Shown in pieces: positions 54,859 to 64,000 of a stretch of 64,000 bases of DNA. Under the pieces are notes generated by a model, which searched no databases, was not told the DNA's origin, and saw only the letters and a program-made list of their open reading frames with translations. Positions within the stretch are counted from its first letter, which is position 1; each line of letters starts with the position of its first letter. The stretch covers positions 256,001 through 320,000 of the forward strand of contig JAFATB010000019.1 of the NCBI GenBank assembly GCA_019244185.1, in the 5' to 3' direction. The translations under genes and the position numbers were made by a program. The DNA comes from Acidobacteriota bacterium. GTDB lineage: Bacteria > Acidobacteriota > Thermoanaerobaculia > Gp7-AA8.

Positions 54859-56650
54859 GGATCGTTCTCACGCGGGCGTCGGCGCGGTTCACCTTCACCT
54901 CGATCGTGCGGTACGCCTGATCCTTCTTCGAGCTCTCGGCGAGATAGCTGAGGAGATACTGCGAGCGGAGCTCCTTCTCGAGCTGCTTGTACGTCTCGCC
55001 GAGCTGGTTCACGTTGCGGATGAAGTACGCGACGCCGCCGGTCTCCGCGGCGAGACTCTTCATCGGGCCGCCGCCGAGGGAGAGGCCGATGCCGACGAAA
55101 TAGAGCGGCACGCGTGCGGCGCGGGCGTAGGCGAGCATGTCGTTGTATGCGATGCGCGAGGTCGTGTCCTCGCCGTCGGTGATGACGACGAGCGCCTTGC
55201 GTCCCTGAATGTTGCGGAAGCGATAGAGCCCGGTGACGATCGCGTCGTAGAGCGCGGTGCCGCCGCCCGCTTTCGGGATCGCGTTGACCTGCGACTCGAG
55301 CGAGCTCACGTCGGAGACGAACGGCGCGTTCCTGGTCGGATCGCTCGCGAACGCGGCGATGAACGCGCGGTCGGTCGGCTTGATGATGTCGCGGAAGAAC
55401 TCGACCGCGGCCGCTTTCGCCGCATCCATGCGCGGCTCCATGCTGCCGGAGTGATCGAGCAGCACGCCGACGGTGAGCGGCAGGTTCGACGCGAAATTGA
55501 AATCGGAGAGCGTCTGCGGCTTGCCGTTCTCGTTGACCGTGAAGTCGCTCCGCGTGAGGTTCGCGATCGGATTGCCGGACGCGTCGCTGACGGACACCGG
55601 CAGCTCGACGAGGTTCACCTCGACTTCTTCCATGAGGCGATCGCCGTTGAGGAACAGCAAGTCGCTGGCCTCGTAGCCGCTGTCGTCGATGACCGACGCG
55701 CGCACGAATTCCTCGCCGCCGAGGCGCGCGGTGGGAAGGTCGAGCGCGTACGGCGGATGCGCCCACTCGTAGATCTTCTTCTGTCCCGCGAAGAGCGCCG
55801 CGCTCTTGATGCCGGCGCCGCGCGGGTTCTGCAACGACAGCTTGAAGTGCGACACGCCATCGGGGGTTTGCGTGCGCGTGATCTTCACCTCGAGCTGCGC
55901 GTCTCGCTCGCTGACGACGAACGCGTCGGCGTCGACGTAGCGTCCCGCGGCGTCGAAGCCGACGGCGCGCACTTCGACGCGCTTCGGCAGCTTGCCGAGG
56001 TCGAGCTCCGCGTCGTACGGCGGCGCGTTGCGCGCGAGGATCTTCTTGCCTTCGACCCAGAACTCCACGCGTTTGACGGGCGCCTGCACGTCGACGCTAA
56101 CGATGAAGAGGTTCGGCGCGACGTCGCGGCGCGGCGCGCGGATCTTCACGGCGCCGACGGTCTCGGGAACGAGCCCTTCGGCGATGACCGCGTCCGCGGC
56201 GGCATTCGTGCCGGCCACGTAGGGTTTGTTCGTCTTCGCGATCGTGAACGTCTCGGTCGTCTTCGCGATCAGCACGGGCGGCGTGTCTTCGTCGACCGGC
56301 AGCAGCAGCCGCGCCTCGACTTCGGCGGTGCCGGGCATGAACGTCTGGATCCCCGAGAACTCGGTCTGATCTTGCGGGAGGGGATAGCGGAAGTTGCGGA
56401 TCACCTGGCCGTTCTGGAGGATCGACCCCTGGAGCACGAGCTGCGCTTCGGGCGCGGCTTCGACCGGCGTCGCGAAACGGAAGCCGATGCGCGCGACGAC
56501 GCCGGTGTCGTTGTCGCCGAGCGGCTCGAGCGTGATGGTGAGCGGCTTCGGCGCGGCCGCGGCGTCGGGGGCGGCCGGTTGCGCGGGCGCTTCCTGTCCG
56601 AGGGCGACGGTCGAAAGCGCGAGCAGCAGCGCGGCGAGCGTTTTCATCAT
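54842..56650 (-). CDS. Exported VWA-domain protein
   Basis: MIDAS DHSGS, TALYDA, ITDGED. Signal peptide. Confidence 0.9.
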   Translation of the reverse strand: MMKTLAALLLALSTVALGQEAPAQPAAPDAAAAPKPLTITLEPLGDNDTGVVARIGFRFATPVEAAPEAQLVLQGSILQNGQVIRNFRYPLPQDQTEFSGIQTFMPGTAEVEARLLLPVDEDTPPVLIAKTTETFTIAKTNKPYVAGTNAAADAVIAEGLVPETVGAVKIRAPRRDVAPNLFIVSVDVQAPVKRVEFWVEGKKILARNAPPYDAELDLGKLPKRVEVRAVGFDAAGRYVDADAFVVSERDAQLEVKITRTQTPDGVSHFKLSLQNPRGAGIKSAALFAGQKKIYEWAHPPYALDLPTARLGGEEFVRASVIDDSGYEASDLLFLNGDRLMEEVEVNLVELPVSVSDASGNPIANLTRSDFTVNENGKPQTLSDFNFASNLPLTVGVLLDHSGSMEPRMDAAKAAAVEFFRDIIKPTDRAFIAAFASDPTRNAPFVSDVSSLESQVNAIPKAGGGTALYDAIVTGLYRFRNIQGRKALVVITDGEDTTSRIAYNDMLAYARAARVPLYFVGIGLSLGGGPMKSLAAETGGVAYFIRNVNQLGETYKQLEKELRSQYLLSYLAESSKKDQAYRTIEVKVNRADARVRTIHGYIP

Positions 56651-56711
56651 GGCGAACAACGAGGATACGCCCCGCTCCCATCCGCCCGTCTGTTGCAAAA
56701 CGCGAAATGCG

Positions 56712-57209
56712 TCAGGCCGGCCACGGCGGCGCGGGCCGCCGATACCAGAGCCACGCGATGTAGTCGACGAGCGGCGGCTCGCCGCCGATCTCGCGCAGAC
56801 GCGTGTTCACCTGGCCGCGGTGATAGATGCTGTGCATCGCCACCTGCATCAGCGTCTCGTCGAGCGAGACCTCGGCCGGTGAGTCGATCAAGCGCGCGGC
56901 CCACGGAAGAGAAACGCTGCGGGCGAGCGCGGCATCGTCAATGCTCCCGACGAACGCGTGCAGCTCCGCGTAGAACGCGCGCGCCCATGCTTCGAGCTCG
57001 GTGAGGTTGCGTTCGGCGAAGAGGTCCTTGCGATCGAGCGGACGCTCGAGCCAGATCGTGAGGAACGACCACTGCACGGAATGAATGTGGCGCAGACGGT
57101 CGAGCAATTTGTCGTCGCCGCCGCCGTGTGCGCGCACGGCGTTCCACACCGTGGCGTCCGCCCACTCCATGTGCGTGAGGAGATCGCGAAGGCTGCCGAG
57201 CGCATGCAT
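56712..57209 (-). CDS. DinB family protein
   Basis: HMEWAD, LRHI, HSIYHRGQ. Confidence 0.9.
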   Translation of the reverse strand: MHALGSLRDLLTHMEWADATVWNAVRAHGGGDDKLLDRLRHIHSVQWSFLTIWLERPLDRKDLFAERNLTELEAWARAFYAELHAFVGSIDDAALARSVSLPWAARLIDSPAEVSLDETLMQVAMHSIYHRGQVNTRLREIGGEPPLVDYIAWLWYRRPAPPWPA

Positions 57210-57245
57210 GCACGCAGTGTAATCGGCCTTAGAATCGTCGGCTTC

Positions 57246-57908
57246 ATGGCAACGCTTCGGTATCACGCGGTGCTGTTCGATCTCGACGGAACGCTCGTCG
57301 ACTCGTACGCCGCGCTTACCGAGGCGGTGAACCACGCGCGGAAAACGCACGGGATGGGGGAGCTGGGAGAGACGCGCATCCGCGAGCTCGTCGGCGACGG
57401 CATCGAGCGGTTGCTGCAGCGCGCGTTCGAGCGCACCGACGTTCCGGGCAGCGTGCGCACCGCGTTCGAGTCGCGTTACGACGAGGTGTGCTGCGCGGAA
57501 TCGCGCGTGCTCGCGGACGTCGAAGTCACGCTGGCGAAGCTGCACGAGCTGCGCGTGGCGATGGCGGTGTGCACGAACAAACCGACCGTTTTCTCGAAGA
57601 AAATTCTCGATTTTCTCGGGTTGTCGCGTTTCTTCCACGCCATCGTCGGACCCGATCTCGCGGGCGCGCGCAAGCCGGACGCGCAGCATCTTTTGTACAC
57701 GCTGCAGTCGGTCGCGCGCGCACCGCACGAGGCGCTGTTCGTCGGCGACATGCCGATCGACGTGCGCGCGGCGCGCAACAGCGGCATCGACGTCGCGGTC
57801 GTGCCGACCGGCTCGTCGTCGCGCGAGCAGCTCGTCGACGCCCAGCCCGATCACTTCCTCGAGCGCTTCGGCGATTTGCTGAAGATCGTGCGTCGCGAGG
57901 CGGCGTGA
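57246..57908 (+). CDS. HAD-IA hydrolase (phosphoglycolate phosphatase-like)
   Basis: FDLDGTLVDS, TNKP, KPD, VGD. Confidence 0.9.
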   Translation: MATLRYHAVLFDLDGTLVDSYAALTEAVNHARKTHGMGELGETRIRELVGDGIERLLQRAFERTDVPGSVRTAFESRYDEVCCAESRVLADVEVTLAKLHELRVAMAVCTNKPTVFSKKILDFLGLSRFFHAIVGPDLAGARKPDAQHLLYTLQSVARAPHEALFVGDMPIDVRAARNSGIDVAVVPTGSSSREQLVDAQPDHFLERFGDLLKIVRREAA

Positions 57909-58555
57909 GCGCGAAGTTCCGCTTCGTCTTCTTCGACGTCGACTCCACACTGGTCAAGATCGAAGGCATCGACGTGCTCGCGAACGGCAACGCCGAGATC
58001 GTGCAGCTCACCGAAGCCGCGATGAACGGCGAGGTGCCGCTCGATGAGGTGTACGCGCGGCGCCTCGCGATCATCAGGCCATCCCGTGCGGACGTCGAAG
58101 CCCTCGGCGCGCGCTATGTCGCCTCGCTCGTCGACGGCGCGGAAGAAACGATCGCGACGCTGCAGTCGCTCGGCGTGCAGGTCCAGCTCGTCACGGCCGG
58201 AATCGCGCAGGCGATCGCGCCGCTCGCGGAACATCTGCGGATTCCGGCGCGCGCGGTGCACGCCGTGTCGCTCGTGTTCGACGACGACGGCGCATACCGC
58301 GACTTCGACCGCGCCTCTCCGCTCGCGCGCAACGGCGGCAAGGAGCTCGTGGTGCGCAACCTGCTCGCGCGCGCGAAAGGCAAGGCCGCGTTCGTCGGCG
58401 ACGGCGTCAGCGATCTCGAGACGAAGCCCGTCGTCGACCTCTTCGTCGGCTTCGGAGGAGTTCACACGCGGGCGCGCGTGGAAGAGAATGCGGAGGCGTA
58501 CGTGCGCGAGAAGGATCTGCGCGCGGTGCTCGCATACCTGATCGATCATGACTGA
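57905..58555 (+). CDS. serB: Phosphoserine phosphatase (HAD-IB)
   Basis: FDVDSTL, EGID, AMNG, GDGVSDL. In an operon with serA. Confidence 0.82.
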   Translation: MSAKFRFVFFDVDSTLVKIEGIDVLANGNAEIVQLTEAAMNGEVPLDEVYARRLAIIRPSRADVEALGARYVASLVDGAEETIATLQSLGVQVQLVTAGIAQAIAPLAEHLRIPARAVHAVSLVFDDDGAYRDFDRASPLARNGGKELVVRNLLARAKGKAAFVGDGVSDLETKPVVDLFVGFGGVHTRARVEENAEAYVREKDLRAVLAYLIDHD

Positions 58556-59627
58556 GCCAGCGAACTTCTTCGTCCCCGGTCCCACGTGGGTGCGTCCCGA
58601 GATCCTGCAGGAGCTGGCGCGGCCGATGATCGGCCACCGCAGCCCGGAGTTCCGCGATCTCTTCCACGCCATCAACATGCATCTGAAGACGCTGTTCGCG
58701 ACGCGGCAGAGCACGTTCGTGGTGACGTCGTCCGGCACGGGCGTGATGCAGGCGGCGCTCGAGAACTGCGTCGCGCGGCGCGTGCTCGTCACGACCTGCG
58801 GCGCGTTCAGCGAGCGCTGGTACGCGATCGCGGAGTCGCTCGGCCTCGAAGTCGATCGCCTCGACGCCGGCTGGGGCCGCGCGGTCGATCCCGACGATCT
58901 CGCCGACCATCTCGCGCGCCACAGCCGCGCGCACTACGACGCGGTGACGATCACGCACAACGAAACGTCGACCGGCGTCACGAACGACGTCGCCGCGCTC
59001 GCCGCCGTCGTGCGCGAGGAAGCGCCCGACGCGCTCGTCCTCGTCGACGCAGTCTCCTCACTCGGCGGCATCCCGATGGCCTTCGACGACTGGCGCCTCG
59101 ACGTCTGCCTCGCCAGCGCGCAGAAAGCGATCGCGCTGCCGCCGGGCATCACCGTCGTGGCGATGTCCGACGCCGCGATCGAGCGCGCGAAGAAGCATCC
59201 GTATCGCGGCACGTACTTCGATCTCGTCACATACAAGCAGAAAGCCGACGACGACGGCGTGCCCTCGACGCCGTCGATTCCGCACTTTTACGCGCTGGCC
59301 GCGCAGCTCGACCACATCATCAACGTCGAAGGACTCGAGGCGCGCTACGAGCGGCACCGGCGCATGCGAGAGATCACGCACGCGCGAACGGGGCGCTACG
59401 CGAAGCTCGCCGCCGATCCCGCGCATGCATCGGCGACCGTCAGCGCATTGACGCCGTCGATGGCGCCCGACGCGATCCGCAAGGCGATGAAGCAGCGCGG
59501 CTACACGCTCGGCGGCGGTTACGGCGAGTGGAAGGACACGACGTTTCGCATCGGCCACATGGGCGACATTCCGATCGCGGACCTCGAGGCGATGCTCGAC
59601 GCGCTCGACGAGGTGACCCGCGCATGA
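58548..59627 (+). CDS. Class V PLP aminotransferase (probable phosphoserine aminotransferase by context)
   Basis: PGP, HNETSTG, DAVSS, SAQKA, FRIGHMG. Confidence 0.88.
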   Translation: MTEPANFFVPGPTWVRPEILQELARPMIGHRSPEFRDLFHAINMHLKTLFATRQSTFVVTSSGTGVMQAALENCVARRVLVTTCGAFSERWYAIAESLGLEVDRLDAGWGRAVDPDDLADHLARHSRAHYDAVTITHNETSTGVTNDVAALAAVVREEAPDALVLVDAVSSLGGIPMAFDDWRLDVCLASAQKAIALPPGITVVAMSDAAIERAKKHPYRGTYFDLVTYKQKADDDGVPSTPSIPHFYALAAQLDHIINVEGLEARYERHRRMREITHARTGRYAKLAADPAHASATVSALTPSMAPDAIRKAMKQRGYTLGGGYGEWKDTTFRIGHMGDIPIADLEAMLDALDEVTRA

Positions 59628-61216
59628 CGGCCGCCAAACAGCGCGTGCTCGTCACTGACACGCTCGCGGAGTCGGGGCTCGAGATCCTCCGCGCCGCGGA
59701 TGACATCGAGCTCGATTACCGCGCCGGACTCAAAGGCGACGAGCTGCTCGAGGCGGTCCGGCAATCCGATGCGCTCATCACGCGCAGCGGCACCGCGGTG
59801 ACCGAGGAGCTCGTGAACGCGGGGACGCGACTGCGCATCGTCGGACGCGCCGGTGTCGGTCTCGACAACGTCGACGTCGACGCCTGCACGCGCCGCGGCG
59901 TCCTCGTGATCAACGCGCCGACGGCGAACATCATGTCCGCCACGGAGCACACGATGGCCATGCTGCTGTCGTTGTGCCGCAACATCCCCGAGGCGCATGC
60001 GAGCGTGAAACGCGGCGAGTGGACACGCTCGAAGTTCATGGGCATCGAGCTCGATGGCAAGACCCTCGGCGTCATCGGACTGGGGCGCATCGGCTCGCGC
60101 GTCACGACACGTGCGCGCGCGTTCGGCATGCGCGTCATCGCGTACGACCCGTACATCAACGACTCCGCATTTCAGAACGCCGGCGCCGCGAAAGTCACAC
60201 TCGATCAGCTGCTCGCGCAGGCGGACGTCATCACCGTGCACACGCCGATGACCGACGAGACGCGCGCGCTCATCGGCGCGGACGAGATCGCGAAGATGAA
60301 GGACGGCGTGGTCGTCCTCAACATCGCGCGCGGCGGCATCTACGACGAGCGCGCGCTGGCCGACGCGCTCAACTCCGGCAAGATCGCCGGCACGGCGATC
60401 GACGTGTACGAGGACGAGCCGCCGGGCAAAGAGCATCCGCTGCTCAACGCGAAGAACGCGATCCTGTCGCCGCACATCGGCGCGAACACGATCGAGGCGC
60501 AGGACCGCGTCGCCGTGCAAACGTCCGAGATGGTGCTCGAGGCGCTGCGCGGCTCGATCTTCGTCTCCGCGGTAAACCTGCCGTTCGAAGGCACCGCCGA
60601 CGCCGACGCGGCGCCGCTCATCCGCCTCGCGGAGAAGCTCGGCCTCTTCGCCGCGCAGGTGCTCAACGGGCCGCTGCATCGCGCCGAAGTCGAGCTGTGG
60701 GGCGTCGAAGAGCGGCTGACGAAAATCCTCTCCGTCGCCTCCCTGAAGGGATTGCTCGCGCCGTTCCTCGCCGAGTCCGTGAACTTCGTCAACGCCGAAC
60801 AGATCGCGCACGCGCGCGGCGTCGCCATCAGCTCGACGATCCATCCGTCGCCGCGCGACTACAGCAATCTCATCACGCTGCGCGCGTCGTCCGCGACCGA
60901 GGAGATGTGCGTGTCCGGAACGGTCTTCCACGAGAAGAACCAGCGCATCGTGTCGATCAACAACTTCCGCGTGGAGTTCAAGCCGGAAGGGCACCTCATC
61001 TACATCATCAACCGCGACGTGCCCGGCGTCGTCGGCAAGGTCGGTACGCTCCTCGGCGACCGCGAGATCAACATCGCCGAGTACAACCTCGCGCGCACCG
61101 GCAGCGGCGGCCGGGCCATGGCCATCATCACCGTCGACTCGCCCCTCGATCCCGAAACGCTCGGCTTTCTCCGCTCGTACCGCGAGATGATCGAGGTCAA
61201 GCAGGTAAAGTTGTAG
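59624..61216 (+). CDS. serA: D-3-phosphoglycerate dehydrogenase
   Basis: RAGVGLDNVD, GLGRIG, NIARGG, PHIGA, C-terminal ACT domain. Confidence 0.96.
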   Translation: MTAAKQRVLVTDTLAESGLEILRAADDIELDYRAGLKGDELLEAVRQSDALITRSGTAVTEELVNAGTRLRIVGRAGVGLDNVDVDACTRRGVLVINAPTANIMSATEHTMAMLLSLCRNIPEAHASVKRGEWTRSKFMGIELDGKTLGVIGLGRIGSRVTTRARAFGMRVIAYDPYINDSAFQNAGAAKVTLDQLLAQADVITVHTPMTDETRALIGADEIAKMKDGVVVLNIARGGIYDERALADALNSGKIAGTAIDVYEDEPPGKEHPLLNAKNAILSPHIGANTIEAQDRVAVQTSEMVLEALRGSIFVSAVNLPFEGTADADAAPLIRLAEKLGLFAAQVLNGPLHRAEVELWGVEERLTKILSVASLKGLLAPFLAESVNFVNAEQIAHARGVAISSTIHPSPRDYSNLITLRASSATEEMCVSGTVFHEKNQRIVSINNFRVEFKPEGHLIYIINRDVPGVVGKVGTLLGDREINIAEYNLARTGSGGRAMAIITVDSPLDPETLGFLRSYREMIEVKQVKL

Positions 61217-61219
61217 CGC

Positions 61220-62206
61220 ATGCATTACCGCAAGCTCGGCAACACCGACATCACGGTCAGCGAGATCGGCTTCGGCGGCTGGGCCATCGGCGGCGCATCC
61301 GACGCCGGCGGCACGCCGATCGGCTGGGGACGCACGAGCGACGAGGAGTCGCTCGCCGCGATCCGCCGCGCGCGCGAGCTCGGCGTCACGTTCTTCGACA
61401 CCGCCGACTCCTACGGCTTCGGCCGCAGCGAGTCGCTGCTCGGCATCGTGCTCTCGCGCCGGCGCAAGGAAGTGGTCATCGCGACGAAAGCCGGCGTCGC
61501 GCGCAGCTCCGACGGCCGCGTGCGCAAGGACTTCTCGCGCGAGCACATCTCGCACGCCGTCGACGGCTCGCTCAAACGCCTGCGGACCGACTACATCGAT
61601 CTCTATCAACTGCACAATCCGACGCTCGACGAGCTGCGCCGCGACGACATCCACGAGGCGATGGACCGCCTGCAGGAAGCGGGAAAGATCCGCTACTGGG
61701 GCGTCTCCATCACGACGCCGGACGAAGGACTGGAGATCGTCCGACGCGGCTGGGGCTACGCGCTGCAGGTGCTCTACAACGTTCTCAATCAGGCGCCGGC
61801 GCAGGAGCTCTTTCCGCTGGCGAAGGAGAAAGGCTACGGCATCATCGCGCGCGTGCCGCTCGCGTCGGGCCTCCTCAGCGGCAAGTTCCGCCCCGACAGC
61901 ACGTTTGCGAAAGACGACATCCGCCAGAACTTCCTCACGCCGAAACGCCTCGAGGAAGTGCTGCCGCGCGTCGACGAAGCGAAGTCGCTCATCGGCGGCA
62001 CCGCGCGTTCGCTGGCGGAAGGAGCGTTGCGCTTCATCCTCGCGAACGACGCCGTGTCGACGACGATCCCCGGCGCGCGCAACGTCCGCCAGGTCGAAAT
62101 GAACGCGTCCGCCGATGAAGTGCGCATCCCGCAGGAGATCGTCGACAAGCTCCGCGCGCGCCTCGGCGACTACAACTTCTATCAGCGGCACGGGATCAAG
62201 ATTTAA
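61220..62206 (+). CDS. Aldo/keto reductase
   Basis: FDTADSYG, IATK, DLYQLH, PLASG, IPG. Confidence 0.94.
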   Translation: MHYRKLGNTDITVSEIGFGGWAIGGASDAGGTPIGWGRTSDEESLAAIRRARELGVTFFDTADSYGFGRSESLLGIVLSRRRKEVVIATKAGVARSSDGRVRKDFSREHISHAVDGSLKRLRTDYIDLYQLHNPTLDELRRDDIHEAMDRLQEAGKIRYWGVSITTPDEGLEIVRRGWGYALQVLYNVLNQAPAQELFPLAKEKGYGIIARVPLASGLLSGKFRPDSTFAKDDIRQNFLTPKRLEEVLPRVDEAKSLIGGTARSLAEGALRFILANDAVSTTIPGARNVRQVEMNASADEVRIPQEIVDKLRARLGDYNFYQRHGIKI

Positions 62207-62214
62207 GGAAGCCC

Positions 62215-62223
62215 TGCTACAAT
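62215..62223 (+). promoter_or_regulatory. Extended -10 promoter
   Basis: TGcTACAAT upstream of the three-gene terminal locus. Confidence 0.5.
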
Positions 62224-62271
62224 CGATCGACTCCCCAACGAGCGCACGTCGTCGTTTCTTCGCGGGGAGTC

Positions 62272-62574
62272 ATGTCTGAACGCATCTATCACCGGATTCA
62301 GGGCCGTGAGCTCAACGAGCTCATGCAGCGCACTGGCAAGGTCGGCGGGCGACGCATGCGGAACATCGGCTCTGGCATCTTGCCGCGGGTAAAGGCCTAC
62401 GACGGCCCATTGCCGCCGGAGTGCACGGGAATCGAGTTCACGACGGAGGTCGAGCCGTATTCCGGGTCGATTCCCGGGAAGCCGACATGGCGGCAGGGGG
62501 ACGCAGGGGTTGAGGTCGCTGAGCTGAATGAACTGGTCCTGATCCCCGTTACCATCATCAGGAGGCAGGATTGA
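62272..62574 (+). CDS. Small putative toxin, ADP-ribosyltransferase-like (H-Y-E pattern)
   Basis: IYHR..VKAYDGPLP..GIEFTT. GGGGAG RBS. The functional call is inference. Confidence 0.5.
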   Translation: MSERIYHRIQGRELNELMQRTGKVGGRRMRNIGSGILPRVKAYDGPLPPECTGIEFTTEVEPYSGSIPGKPTWRQGDAGVEVAELNELVLIPVTIIRRQD

Positions 62575-63044
62575 CGATGCGTAATGCATCCCCCGACGCG
62601 CTTCGTTCCGACATTCGTCCGGCTCTGGTTGCCCATCTCGGTGCCGCCGAATTCGAGAACGTCTTTCGCGTCGACTTTCAGGATCTCGACCCGTTCGACG
62701 CCGCGGAGCCATCACGTGCGGCTTTGGTGCGCCTCGACAGCGGAAAGCTCATCGTCGTCGAATATGGCCTCAGCACCTCGACGTTGACGGTATCGGTGCC
62801 GGAAGACGCCGACGTGAACGAGACGGTGTGCGACCTCCTGCAGGAAACAGGAATCGACACGGACACCATCGACTGGCTGGTTGACGAGATCCTGCCCGAA
62901 GGTCCGTTCCTGTACGACAACAACAGTCCGTCGACGACGATGATGGAACTGCGGCGTCGTACCGGACAACGGCGCGGAGCGAGGGAGTCCGATCAGCGCT
63001 CTGCCTCGCAACAGATGCCGCTGACCACCAGCCGAAAACCGTAA
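62571..63044 (+). CDS. Acidic hypothetical protein, immunity/antitoxin-like
   Basis: Overlaps the upstream stop (TTGA; alternative ATG at 62577). D/E-rich. Confidence 0.55.
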   Translation: MTMRNASPDALRSDIRPALVAHLGAAEFENVFRVDFQDLDPFDAAEPSRAALVRLDSGKLIVVEYGLSTSTLTVSVPEDADVNETVCDLLQETGIDTDTIDWLVDEILPEGPFLYDNNSPSTTMMELRRRTGQRRGARESDQRSASQQMPLTTSRKP

Positions 63045-63053
63045 CGAGAACGC

Positions 63054-64000
63054 ATGACCAGCGGGAGGGCGAGCGTCGGGCGCTCCATTCGGGAACGACG
63101 CACCCACTGCGCCCTCTCGCTTGGCGTTCTCGCCGATCGCGCCGGCATCTCCCCGCAGGAACTCTCCGCCATCGAGCATGACGCGCAGCGGCCGTCGGAC
63201 GCGGCGCTGACGCGCATCGCGACCGAGCTGTCTCTCGACGTCGCGCGGATTCACACGATGCACGCCATGGCGGACCGCGCGCGGGTGTTGCGAGGTGCAC
63301 CGCCCGAGGATGCGGCGGCCGTGATCGATGACGTGTTGCGCACGCATCCCCGCGCGTTCGTCGCACGCGATCGACAGGACATCGAGAAGCTCGCCGCGAA
63401 GGTTCGCCCGAACCTGCCTCTGACGAATGATCGCCTCTTCGCCTCCTCCCTGTTCGAACACTTGACGCAGCTCGCGGTAAGGGTCGGCAACGACGAATAC
63501 GCGGTGGACACGGCGGTCCAGCCTCTCGCGAGAAGAGTCGAAGCGTGTACGCGCGTGGACGTTCGCCGGCGCGTCTTCCAGATCAACCTGAGTCCCGAGG
63601 CGTACCAGCAGATGCATCGGCGCGGCAGTCCGCGAATGCTGTTCACCATTTGCCACGAGCTCGGACATTTGTTCCTTCATCGGAGCGAGCTGATCGCGGC
63701 GGGAGGGCGCGGTGAGATACCGGAAGGTTCGCCGCCGCGGCATCTCGACGTGGAACGGCAGGCCGACGCATTTGCAGGCGCACTGATCGCGCCGATTGAA
63801 AGCGTGTTGGCGTTGCACGACCAGATGGGTCACATCTCCGCGGTCGATCTGTCGCGCGGTTTCGGCTACTCCGCGCGTGCGGCTGAAGTCCGCATCGAAA
63901 CGATTCAGAGCCTGCGGCCGGGACGCCTGACGCTCTTCGATCCTCAGTGGCGCCTCTTCCCAAAACTTTCCGCCGCCGAGGACGTTCTAAAGCGTCGATG
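63054..64000 (+). CDS. XRE HTH fused to ImmA/IrrE (DUF955) metallopeptidase; runs to the window edge and is absent from the ORF track
   Basis: Manual translation: IRERR..LADRAGISPQELSAIE..P; FTICHELGH; ERQADAFAGAL. Open for 315 codons, ending CGA TG. Confidence 0.9.
   Translation, partial: MTSGRASVGRSIRERRTHCALSLGVLADRAGISPQELSAIEHDAQRPSDAALTRIATELSLDVARIHTMHAMADRARVLRGAPPEDAAAVIDDVLRTHPRAFVARDRQDIEKLAAKVRPNLPLTNDRLFASSLFEHLTQLAVRVGNDEYAVDTAVQPLARRVEACTRVDVRRRVFQINLSPEAYQQMHRRGSPRMLFTICHELGHLFLHRSELIAAGGRGEIPEGSPPRHLDVERQADAFAGALIAPIESVLALHDQMGHISAVDLSRGFGYSARAAEVRIETIQSLRPGRLTLFDPQWRLFPKLSAAEDVLKRR

Noticed and set aside
1-64000. CRISPR array, cas genes, rRNA, transposase, reverse transcriptase
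   Set aside because: None recognised on either strand by eye. Short or degenerate arrays could have been missed without computation.

Overview
GC-rich bacterial chromosome segment; gene content (VWA-domain protein, DUF4097 proteins, sigma-54 activator) suggests Acidobacteria, which is an inference. Three parts. (1) About 1-13.7 kb is accessory and looks less GC-rich by eye. It holds a HerA-like ATPase fused to a PD-(D/E)XK nuclease-like domain, three degenerate LexA/S24 domains behind a duplicated 42-bp motif, two odd HTH proteins and a membrane protein. It also holds a tightly coupled minus-strand operon: MOSC protein, AurF-like diiron N-oxygenase, a TIR-PAS-LuxR HTH-nucleoside phosphorylase fusion, and a Gfo/Idh/MocA oxidoreductase. 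This operon is the best candidate for an undescribed system. (2) From tRNA-Ser(GCT) at 14000-14093 to 62.2 kb is core-like DNA: a stress cluster with sigma-54 motifs, an EgtB-like gene, a SOD-family gene, an ABC transporter, an ATP-grasp/YbdK cluster, yvcK, glmU, suhB, mpg, yigZ, a lytic transglycosylase, thioredoxins and a serine biosynthesis operon. Many of these genes appear leaderless. (3) The last 1.8 kb holds a small putative ADP-ribosyltransferase-like toxin, an immunity-like gene and an XRE-ImmA/IrrE gene that is missing from the ORF track. No CRISPR array, rRNA, integrase or transposase was seen. All domain calls come from motif recognition by eye, not database searches.
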